From Veleropilina oligotropha (lineage: Eukaryota), in contig JBEUKZ010000070.1 in the NCBI GenBank assembly GCA_048128005.1, positions 248,001 to 312,000 on the forward strand: a DNA stretch of 64,000 nucleotides. Reading direction: 5' to 3'. Below the pieces are notes generated by a model. It saw only the letters and a program-made list of their open reading frames with translations, did no database searches and was not told the origin of the DNA. Positions within the stretch are counted from its first letter, which is position 1. The number at the start of each line of letters is the position of its first letter. Positions 25,400-34,477 of the stretch are shown here, piece by piece. The translations under genes were made by a program, and so were the position numbers.

Positions 25400-25799
25400 T
25401 TAAATAAATATATAATTTTCAGTGACCAGTGAACAATGGCATGACCTTTGCTGTCCGATTTTTCTCCATGACCCAAACCAGCTGTTAGAGAGTAAAGAGA
25501 AATGTTGTCCGTTTTTACCATGGCATTGTGAAGGCTGTTCACACTGAACACATAGGACAGTATGCGGGTTGAGGCCACAGTCATTCTCCGATAATATAGT
25601 AGTGACACATAGGTGGGGGGACATCAGGGGCATTTCGTAGCAAGTTTTTTCGCAGGGGGTCTAGTCTTATGTTATACGAGGGGTGGTTTCGGTACCTAGC
25701 CCATGTATGTTCGAGAATTAGTGCAGGGTCGTGTGATGCCCCCTGTGAGACACCCGCTAGCCATGACATGGCGGCAATGCACAGTAGCATAGACTTCAT
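25400..25799 (-). pseudogene. Secreted Cys-rich protein (~132 aa if repaired), single frameshift in a C6 run
   Basis: Signal-peptide ORF 25581-25799 joins Cys-rich ORF 25400-25633 when one base at ~25615-25620 is removed; C-terminal CxC. Confidence 0.55.
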
Positions 25800-25871
25800 G
25801 GTTATATCTGATAGAGACTTAGATTTAATAGGAGGGAGGAGGGAAGTCGTGGTTATGATTAACCTGAATGG

Positions 25872-26519
25872 TTAGTCGCCAACTCCGATTTTTTTCAGTA
25901 ACTCAGCGCGGGCCTCTTTACGAACACGCGCAATAAGCTCGCTTTGGGTCTGTGAAACCACAGTGTGTGCTTTCGCCCCTTTGATACGGAGCGTTGCTTT
26001 CATTGTCCGATATTTTTCCACCTCCGTTGTAATTAGTTTAAATTCGTCATCAGACATCTCCCCATCCGCTAGGGCCTTTGAAATGTGGTCCTTGATGGTG
26101 TTCAGCTTGCTGTCGGCCAGTATTCATATCTCATCATGCTTTTTAGCCTTGACTTGGAGCCGGCGGATAACATATTTACCAGCCATGCTAGCGAGCCCAC
26201 ACCCCAACGCCGCTAATTCAAGCGCTAATGCAACAGGTGCCGCAGTAACTGTTGACAACAGACCAATGCCGGCGGTACCCATACCAAGGCTGACAATGAC
26301 AAAGGCCAAATCTATCCCATCAATAACATTCACGCCTCGTTTATATTTCTTGTAGAGAGCGGCCCTTGTGTCACTCTCTCGTTCTAGTTGTCCCTGAAGC
26401 TCATTCACTTTTTGTAGTCGGAAAGACTGTGCCTCTGGCAGTTCCGAAAGAACGTCGCCAGGCCTGCCATCAAGTTGTGGATACAACGTTGGTGCTGATG
26501 GTAGTGTAGGTTTGTCCAT
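25872..26519 (-). pseudogene. Coiled-coil/two-TM membrane protein typical of these elements, one premature TGA at 26124-26126
   Basis: LYPQL...FRLQKV..., hydrophobic hairpin, KHDEI*ILADSKLNTIKDHISKALADGEMSDDEFKLI continues in frame. Confidence 0.7.
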
Positions 26520-26858
26520 CTATATGTAGCTATACTTTTCTACAGACTGGGATATAATAAGTACCTTGACGTTCAAATAGAGGGTATTCATCCATGGGGC
26601 CTTGAGGGCAAAGGCGAGTGTTAGCTTACCCGAATCGAGGCCAACTTTATTTATGGAACATGACTTGGGGCTGCCCCCGGCCGGCTGGACAGGCGTTATG
26701 TGAATTGTTAGAAGGTCTGGGTTTGACCCAAACCGCCCTCCTGTGTTTGGAAGTATAAACTCCCTCCTCAAAAACTCTTTCTTGCGTGCTTCTCCACAAT
26801 GAAGAACAAAGTTGTGCGTGCAGTGCCATTGTTCCGAAGGCACATCTGCAAGTCTCAA
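26520..26858 (-). CDS. Hypothetical viral protein (~110 aa, start uncertain)
   Basis: ORF packed without gaps between the penton-like and membrane-protein genes. Confidence 0.5.
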   Translation of the reverse strand: MRLADVPSEQWHCTHNFVLHCGEARKKEFLRREFILPNTGGRFGSNPDLLTIHITPVQPAGGSPKSCSINKVGLDSGKLTLAFALKAPWMNTLYLNVKVLIISQSVEKYSYI

Positions 26859-27501
26859 GGACTGCGGAAATAGGCATACCGTGATTGTCTAGCAGGTTAC
26901 CATCTGAGTCCGTGATATACATGTTCAATTCAGTGAGTAGCCCGGCCTGCAGTCGCCGAAATTCTGGATAACTATGAAAGTGTGCGGCTTCACCGAACAT
27001 CTGCGAAGTTATGGGAACCACTGTGAGAACATTGCTCGGGACGCCATCTTTCATATTAGCTGTGGTACTTAGCGGCTCCAGATGAACGTGTAGGATCGCT
27101 GCAATAGCAAACCCTACTGGCCTGTTCCCGTCATAAGTCCCAGGGCGTAGCCACCCAGAAACGTTGAAGCCTAGGAGTTTTACTAGATCATCGCTTATCA
27201 TAAGTTCATTTCCATCTGGAACAACGAGTTGCGCGATTCCCGTAGCATGGCATACATCTAGCTGCCTGTTAACTAGGGACGTCTTCATAGTCTTGGCGAG
27301 GGAATTGAAGCTGTAGAAACCTGCTGCCACTGACACTGTTTTATTGGGGGGTTTTGAAGAAGGCTCCTGCGTGTACATTATTAAATCCGACCCAATAGAT
27401 GAGCGACCGCAAGCCAACACATAGCTTTCCTTCCCGGTTATCTATCGGTTGCAGGAGGGCAACCGTGGCCCCGTTTGAACATTCGTTACAGTGAGAAACA
27501 T
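26845..27501 (-). pseudogene. Minor capsid protein (penton)-like gene, frameshifted
   Basis: MFLTVTNV / NGATVALLQPIDNREGKLCVGL / V.AGFYS...LLGF...LHVHL...VLTVVPI...PEFRRL...ELNMYITDSDGNLLDNHG; matches the Polinton penton C-terminal pattern. Confidence 0.65.
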
Positions 27502-27505
27502 AGCT

Positions 27506-28340
27506 ATGGATAAGAGTGCCTTTGCGTTTAATAGGAGTGCGGCCTATCAGACCGGTGTGGTGTGCCCAACCCGTATAAAGGATGAGCAGCTTACAAAACC
27601 AAGCATCGTTATATATTCGTCTGAATTTCCCCACCCTTCATTCCAGGCAAAATACCCAGATGTCTTTCAAAAGTATCGCCTCCCTCACGTCGCGAGTGAC
27701 CGGCTAATACAGGGTTGGAACCCCACACCCATGCGGTTTTGGCAGAATCAGGTTAACTTCGCAGTATGGTGTGCTACAACATGTTCCGGGGTATCTGCAG
27801 AAGACCACTTGAATGCAGCCGACCCCCTGATCAGAGCCGTATTCACCTTCCATGTCTATTATCAGATGAGAAGGGTATTGTCCGAAATTAAGGCGCCGCT
27901 GCCTCAAGACATGATATGGGATGCGTTCGACAACACGTATGACCTCAGGGCATATGAGAAGATCTGCAGTGAATTTGGAGTGTCTCCACATACCGACTGG
28001 CGAGTCAAGGGTCCCAATAACAGACTCGGCACGGCTTACAACTACTGGACAAGCAATGGCTACCACTCCATAGGAGAGGATTATGATCCCGATTGCACGT
28101 GGACTATATAGCACAGGATGCTACTGGCACTTCGTGGCATGGCTGGGCTTCGTTTATTCTGGACAAATCGGCGGGATTTACCCAGCCCGGCATGGAAAGG
28201 CTTAATGATTCCATTAGGAATTACGTCTGGGCGATTCTTGGAGCGCAGGCTCAGACACATGCAAGTATTCTGGGTAGTGGTACAGCATTTGACGCGCAAA
28301 AGCAGTTTCTGTCAAACGTGGAAGATGCCATCTCATCACG
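27506..28340 (+). pseudogene. Conserved-looking hypothetical viral protein, frameshifted near 28095 and apparently C-terminally truncated
   Basis: ORFs 27491-28111 and 28093-28347 read as one protein (FWQNQVNFAVWCAT...RLNDSIRNYVWAILGAQ). Confidence 0.55.
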
Positions 28341-29278
28341 ATCGTGACCCCCTGCTCGCGAAACAGGGTCCGGATTCGCTCGGCCAGCGTCGTGTCTGAG
28401 TTGAGAATCCGAGTTATTGTTTCTCGGATCCTGCTGATTTGAGAGCGAAAGGCATCCCGGCTTGATGAGGCTGCCTCTAGGCGAGCTGCTCGTTCATCAT
28501 TTAAGTCACGCAAGCGTTCTGCAATTCGTCGTCGAGTAAACTCATCCACACCGCCTTCATCTGCCTGCTCAAGCTTCCTTTTCTCCAGACCGATGTGGTC
28601 GTCAAGCGCAGATAGTTTGGCCAAGTTGTTGGTTAGCTCACCTCGAATTGTCTGCATTGCCTTGTCAAGCCCGCGAAGCTCACGAATATTTAATGGAGGG
28701 TCCTCCATTGTGCTCATGATCTCGTCAACCTCAGAATCTGTGAAAGTCGTCTCCATTTTGTGGATTGCTTCTGATGCATCATTAGCTGTTCGCCCCAAGT
28801 CATGCAGTTCTACGTTGTCTACCTTGGCGGCCACTCCGCCCAACTCATTGTTGGCTGTCTGAAGAGCTGCAACAGCTTTTGAGGGCAGCTTTTGTCCTCG
28901 CGTCCAGTCTACAAAACCCAACCCATCTCTGATGGCGCTACCCCCACCACGTCGGCCAGCTAATGTTGCCAAAGACTTGGGTTTACCGGTGCTATAATAA
29001 TTGATAAGATCAATGTGTGGATATGCCTTCATTTGCAATTGCCCATCTACATAATCAAACCTGGAGTAATCAAGCCCCATTGCGGGAGTTCGCCCCTCCT
29101 TTGAAAGGGCGTTGTAGTAGTCATCAACAGCTGTTTGCACAAGCTCTTGCCGCAGACCGCTGGTTCCTTCCTGTGGCCGACTCCAGTCAGTGGATCCGAC
29201 CACATCATCATCGTCGATGGTATCTCCAAAGATATCATCAGGCTCGAATGTAGGGTTTTCGAAGGACAGATAGTGCAA
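28338..29278 (-). CDS. Long coiled-coil viral protein, damaged start and probably truncated C-terminus
   Basis: 354-aa ORF with heptad-rich second half ending TLAERIRTLFREQGVTI, then running antisense into the neighbouring gene. Confidence 0.55.
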
Positions 29279-29287
29279 TCCAACTAA

Positions 29288-30482
29288 ATGGCCAGCCCAT
29301 ACGGATGCAAGCTTAATCCATACCGCAGACTACGAGAGCCCCTTGGGGTCAAAGGTATTCGCCAGTCCGTTACCATAACCAACAACCCATCCACTATTGC
29401 CGCCAACCAGCAGCTGTTGGTTAGGTTCCCTAATCTCGGGGCTCATGACGTTATCGTTCCAGGGACTTCCCACTTGGCATTTACAATATCTCTGAACGCG
29501 TCGAATCCGAATAGAACCGTAGTTCAGAACCTTGGTCGTGCCATGATCAAGAAGACCACGATCAAGATTAGTGGAAACGAGGTCATATCTATCGATGACT
29601 CCGACGTGTATCAATGCTACAACGATCTCTGGAAGACACCCCAGGAGCGCAAGAACATCCAATACCAAGGAATTGATACCAGCGATGAACAAAATGCCTA
29701 CGGTAATAGATACCACACCCCGCTCGACTTTGAGTTGCTGGAGAGCCACCTGCCATTCTACCAGAGCGCTCTGGGGGACAGGCTTGAGTATGAACTCACG
29801 TTCAATGACTATTCTAGGACAATCAAGGCTACGGATGACCCCAGTGCCAGCTATAGCATCAAAAATATTAGCCTGGCATATGACATGGTCACCCAGGCAG
29901 AACTGGCCAGAATGATACACAACCAGTACTCGGGCCGCCTCGCCATCGTATACGACCGTGTCCTGCGGCATCGTAAGCTCACCAAAGACAAGAGCGACAC
30001 CTTGTGGAATCTTGTTTGAGGACCCCACGAGAGATGCAGCACCATTTTCTCGCGACACCGAGGCCTTTTACAATCCGAAGATCACAAAGGTCGAGGTCAC
30101 CATTGAGGGTGTACCGAATCAACTCTACAGCCAGGGTATGCGTTCATACCAAGTGTGGGAAGAAGCCAAAAAACAGTTTGCATCCAACCCGATCAGCAAG
30201 CGGCATCCTGAGGTAGCGTTGGTTGCAAAGGAGTTGGCTCTGGCAGATGTCACCCTGGGTGAGTTCTTGACCAAAAAGTATGCACTCTGGCTTGATATGC
30301 GGGTAACGGACGACGATCAGCTGCATGGGTCAGGCCGGAGGATAGAAAACGCCAGCGAGGGCATCACCATCCAAATCGCTAAGATAGGTTAAGCAGCCGG
30401 CCCATTGAATATTTACCTGTACGTGCTTATGGATGCACAGCTGAACATCGAGAATGGCCGCTTTGTCTCAGCATTGTACTGA
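29288..30482 (+). pseudogene. Major capsid protein (double jelly-roll) candidate; frameshift ~30010 and stop at 30390-30392
   Basis: ~400 codons, beta-rich, directly upstream of the ATPase; ORFs 29288-30019 + 29958-30392 + tail AAGPLNIYLYVLMDAQLNIENGRFVSALY*. Confidence 0.7.
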
Positions 30483-31086
30483 ACGGTTCCCGTACCCCAA
30501 GGATCCCCAGTCGGCAATCATATGTGGTCAGACCGGCTGTGATAAAACTATTTTCATTCTTGAACTGCTGAAAGGACTCTATTGGGGTATGTTCCAACAC
30601 ATTGTAATTCTATGCCCCACGATCAAGTACAACCAAGCATACCAGTCCTGTCCGTGGATCTGGACCGACCCGGAGGTGTATATAATCCCCCCAGGTGAGC
30701 GACTTCACGATTGGTTGCGGGGGTTCTACAGGCTGTTCCAGGTGGAATCAACCCTGTACATCATCGATGACTGCGCCGCCAGTAAGGCTCTAACCAAGAA
30801 AAAGGATATGTTGACTGAGTTGGCCTTTAGCGTGAGGCATGCCGAACAAAGTGTATGGGTGTTGACGCAAAAATACAACTCGGTCTTCAAGGAACTCAGA
30901 GAGCAGACTCGCTGGGCCGCGCTGTTTCACTGTAAGGACCACGACAGTTTTGAAGACTGTCTTCGCGAGAACGATGTAATCACGTCGCGAGATGAACGAA
31001 GTGCGGTGCGCCGGCTGTTGGCAGAGACCAAACACGCTAAGCTTCTTTTAAAAACTGATCAACCAGTTGCTTATAGTGTGCTATAA
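30454..31086 (+). CDS. A32/FtsK-like DNA packaging ATPase, probably inactivated
   Basis: IICGQTGCDKT (Walker A with G>D), YIIDDC (Walker B), SVRH..SVWVLTQ (normally GRH...Q). Confidence 0.85.
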   Translation: MAALSQHCTERFPYPKDPQSAIICGQTGCDKTIFILELLKGLYWGMFQHIVILCPTIKYNQAYQSCPWIWTDPEVYIIPPGERLHDWLRGFYRLFQVESTLYIIDDCAASKALTKKKDMLTELAFSVRHAEQSVWVLTQKYNSVFKELREQTRWAALFHCKDHDSFEDCLRENDVITSRDERSAVRRLLAETKHAKLLLKTDQPVAYSVL

Positions 31087-31163
31087 CATCTTCCTAGCAT
31101 CTACTCAGCATCTACACAGCATATACCTAGCATCTGCATAGCTAGCTATAGCATCTACCTAGG

Positions 31164-31970
31164 ATGTCGGAAGCAGTATGCTATATAACATGCTATACCG
31201 TTGTTTGCATCCAGAGCCTTATGTTGCTGTTACATGTAACATCGGGGTATTGGCTCTATGGTTATATTAGACAGGCGAGCAGATGTTGGAAACGGTTAAG
31301 GATGGACAGCATTATCGATCAACTACTCTTGGATGAAGAACAGGAAACGACCCCACCGATCTGCAGAAACCGCTTGACGACCGATGGTTGCTTGCAGCAC
31401 CAGGAACTTGTCAGTAACAGTGGCTTCGCCAGTTCCGAAGGAACGGCAAAAAAACGAGAGAGGCTTGCAGCATTAGCCGTTGGAGGACAGGCCCACAAAT
31501 ACTTGGTGCGCAAACTCACGGTTGACCGGATCGACGCTATCACCGATGAAGAGATTGATAAACACCATGCTCGGTACGAAGCGAAGCTCGGTGCCGAAAT
31601 GACGAAAACCATGGGGACTGCAGCTATACACCTTTATGTGGGGGTGGCTGGGATGTTCTTGCCCATTCCACCAGAAAATCATCCACGACTGATCGCCGAT
31701 CCGGAGGCCGACCCTTTCATCTCACACGTGCTGTGCTCTGCAACCTGTGAACTGTATCACAAATATGGCATGTATCTAGCGCTGCTGACCGCAACATTGA
31801 CCACAGCTAAACACTGTCGATTTGGACACGTTTGCCCCACTAAGATAGAAAGAGATAGTTGGGAGAACAATGACAACGCAGCAAGTGGAACAAATGACAG
31901 CGAGCCAACAGGTATACGATCGTATACCGGTAGAGAGGGTGACAGCATCGATAGACTCATCAGTGAGTAA
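31164..31970 (+). CDS. Hypothetical viral protein (true start may be MDSII at ~31302)
   Basis: 268-aa ORF; stop directly abuts the next ATG. Confidence 0.6.
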   Translation: MSEAVCYITCYTVVCIQSLMLLLHVTSGYWLYGYIRQASRCWKRLRMDSIIDQLLLDEEQETTPPICRNRLTTDGCLQHQELVSNSGFASSEGTAKKRERLAALAVGGQAHKYLVRKLTVDRIDAITDEEIDKHHARYEAKLGAEMTKTMGTAAIHLYVGVAGMFLPIPPENHPRLIADPEADPFISHVLCSATCELYHKYGMYLALLTATLTTAKHCRFGHVCPTKIERDSWENNDNAASGTNDSEPTGIRSYTGREGDSIDRLISE

Positions 31971-32390
31971 ATGGACCCTAAAAAGGTTGCTGCAGGGCGG
32001 GCCGGGGCTGCTGCTCGGAAAGCCAAACAAGAGAGGCTACTAGCCGAGGTTAGACAATTTAAAGAAGACATGAGTGCCCGGCAGAATGTCAGTACAGTTG
32101 CTGTTCCTTCGGAACTTCCAGAGTCACAGCCACATGTCGGTAATAACCTCACAGCGGACATGCGCGCAAGCGCTGCAGAAAGACCGCCTGCGCCAGATAC
32201 ACGGAAATCGGACCCATTTAATTGGACTTATGGGCTCTTAGCTGCAGGTGGGTTTGTGTTATATTATGTATATAAATGGAAACGCAGCAATGATACTAAA
32301 CAACCTCAGCCGCCGGTCACGTTGTACAAAGAAAACACGTGCCAATTGAACACTAAGCCTGACCCCTTAAAGGCCTTTCATATGCCATAG
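31971..32390 (+). CDS. Hypothetical protein with basic N-terminus (DPKKVAAG) and one TM segment
   Basis: 139-aa ORF; WTYGLLAAGGFVLYYVY hydrophobic stretch. Confidence 0.6.
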   Translation: MDPKKVAAGRAGAAARKAKQERLLAEVRQFKEDMSARQNVSTVAVPSELPESQPHVGNNLTADMRASAAERPPAPDTRKSDPFNWTYGLLAAGGFVLYYVYKWKRSNDTKQPQPPVTLYKENTCQLNTKPDPLKAFHMP

Positions 32391-32403
32391 TTGGAGTAGC
32401 GAC

Positions 32404-32643
32404 ATGACTACCCCAATTACTGATGGAAAGATGCACGGCAATGCCGTCTATCATTTGGCTATAGTGTCCGGCCTCGCCATTGGCTACTCACGCCTGACAA
32501 AGATGGTCTTCAAGGGATAAAGCCCCAAACTGGAAGTTACTGGTTATGATGTTGGGATGTTGATCCTCGATGTGGCAATGACCATGGCGACCAAAGATAT
32601 GCTGATCAAGCAAGGCATCATTCCGGCCGACGTATTGAAGTAG
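32404..32643 (+). pseudogene. Small hydrophobic viral protein with internal stop
   Basis: MTTPITDGK...LAIGYSRLTKMVFKG*...DVGMLILDVAMTMATKDMLIKQGIIPADVLK*. Confidence 0.5.
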
Positions 32644-32663
32644 TGCCGCCGGGTATCATTATA

Positions 32664-33083
32664 ATGGCTTCAGTAGCGATGCTGGTTGGGGGCACTCTTG
32701 TCAACGCCCTTGCCTTCAGTGGGTCAAACTTCCTGTTCTCGAAGTTACGCGGCAAAGGTGTTGATGAGGAGCGTAAATGCCACGACAAGGCCATAGAGCA
32801 ACTCCAGGTCGCTCAGACTAAATGGTCCCGAAAGAGGGCAGAGCATCTCTATTGGCTTAATGCTGAACTTCGCCGCCAGGGTCATGCCGTTCGCACATTA
32901 CAGGATGTTGACGCCGCGATCCGTGAGTATGCATCGGTCACCGGAATGACCCTTGACTCAGGGGACCCCAAGCCCGAGTTGTCTGATTACTATATTCCGA
33001 GCGATGACCAAAAAAAGCGAGAGCTCACCTTCGTCATCCTGGGGATGGCTGCCACCGGGCTGTTAGCCTACAAGCTTGCCTAA
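32664..33083 (+). CDS. Membrane-associated viral protein (hydrophobic ends, central coiled coil)
   Basis: MASVAMLVGGTLVNALAFSGSNFLFS...LTFVILGMAATGLLAYKLA. Confidence 0.65.
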   Translation: MASVAMLVGGTLVNALAFSGSNFLFSKLRGKGVDEERKCHDKAIEQLQVAQTKWSRKRAEHLYWLNAELRRQGHAVRTLQDVDAAIREYASVTGMTLDSGDPKPELSDYYIPSDDQKKRELTFVILGMAATGLLAYKLA

Positions 33084-33139
33084 GTGCTATTATTTCCATG
33101 TTAGACATTTGTCTTTGTATGTGTACATATATGATATAA

Positions 33140-33495
33140 TGGGGCACCCAGAAGAGCTGTACTGTGCTATGCTAGAGGTGGGCCTTGCCGCCCAAAGGCA
33201 CAAAATCCCCGGTCCCCTTGGTACTACAATGGCCGATATCGCGCAGAAGTCACTCGACCTCTGGCGGCAGAACGAAAAGGCTGCCATGAATTTCGCGACA
33301 ATGGTGCTGTCGGGGCCTACAAATCTCCGGGCGGCAACTGGGCAGCATCCGGAGCCAGTCGCTGAAGCCTGTTGGAGACTGATCAAGTTGCTGGAATACC
33401 TCGCAAGTCTCGATGGCAGAGAAGAAACAAACCCCCGATGGCAAAATAACTTGACGGCGCGGAATGGACCGGAAGCTTGCGAATATCTACTATAG
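33140..33495 (+). CDS. Hypothetical viral protein
   Basis: ORF from ATG 33140 overlapping the integrase start. Confidence 0.4.
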
Positions 33496-34477
33496 CCCCC
33501 GAGGCTACTGGAAGGGGGTCACAGCGATAAAAAATATCTCGGCCACAGTAAAGGTCTCTAAAGACGTGGCCCGGGATTGGCTGAAGAAGCAGGCCATCTG
33601 GCAGATCTATTTACCCGTGCCACGGCACATTCCAAGACCAAAATTCGATGTCGCAACACCGAACGAGGTTCACCAAGCTGACCTCCTGTTTCTGCCCCAT
33701 GACAAAGTGGGCTTGCCACGAAAGCAACAGAGCTACAAGTATGCGCTTACGGTTGTCGACGTGGCCTCACGCTACAAAGAGGCTGAGCCTCTGGCCACAA
33801 AAGAGGCCAAAGGGGTTGCTGAAGCTCTGTCTCGCATCTACAGGCGGAGTCCTCTTAGCTGGCCGAAACTGCTTCAAGTCGACCCAGGGAGGGAGTTTAT
33901 GGGCGCGGTTTCCCAGCTGCTGGCTAAATATAACGTTGAGGTTAGGCGTGGCCGTGTGAATATCCATCGCGATCAGGGGATCGTGGAGCGCTTCAACCGG
34001 ACTCTCGCTGAGCGACTCTTCGGGCACCAGTATGCAAAAGAGATGCGTTTTACAGGGACTGCCAAAGAGGGTCAAAGGTCGACTGAGTGGGTGGCCAGGC
34101 TGCCTGCCATTGTTGCGGCCTTGAATGGGGAAGTGACCCGCCTCACGGGTAAAAAGCCCAAGGATGCCGTCAAGGCACCTCGCGTTGCACAAAAGCCCTC
34201 CACTGTTCCAGGCCGTCAGGGCGGCCTCAAGGGGAAAAAGCTCCCCTCTGAAGTAGGCGTTCGGTACCTCTACCAACCGGGTGAGTTGGAGGGTGGTCGC
34301 CGGCGAGCGACTGACCCGGTGTGGTCTTTGACAGTTCACCGGCTTGGACGCTCTGTCACTAAGCCTGACGAGCCTGTGCTCTACTACTTGCTTGATGGAC
34401 CACCGTGTGGCTTTGTTCGTGAGGAACTGCTCGTGGTGCCTCGTGACACCCAGCTGCCGCCGGTTCTCAGGCGTTAA
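33464..34477 (+). CDS. Retroviral-like (RVE) DDE integrase of Polinton type, intact
   Basis: IYYSP..Y, HQADL (D), LTVVDVASRY, VDPGREF (D), IVERFNRTL (E), DPVWS. Confidence 0.95.
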   Translation: MDRKLANIYYSPRGYWKGVTAIKNISATVKVSKDVARDWLKKQAIWQIYLPVPRHIPRPKFDVATPNEVHQADLLFLPHDKVGLPRKQQSYKYALTVVDVASRYKEAEPLATKEAKGVAEALSRIYRRSPLSWPKLLQVDPGREFMGAVSQLLAKYNVEVRRGRVNIHRDQGIVERFNRTLAERLFGHQYAKEMRFTGTAKEGQRSTEWVARLPAIVAALNGEVTRLTGKKPKDAVKAPRVAQKPSTVPGRQGGLKGKKLPSEVGVRYLYQPGELEGGRRRATDPVWSLTVHRLGRSVTKPDEPVLYYLLDGPPCGFVREELLVVPRDTQLPPVLRR

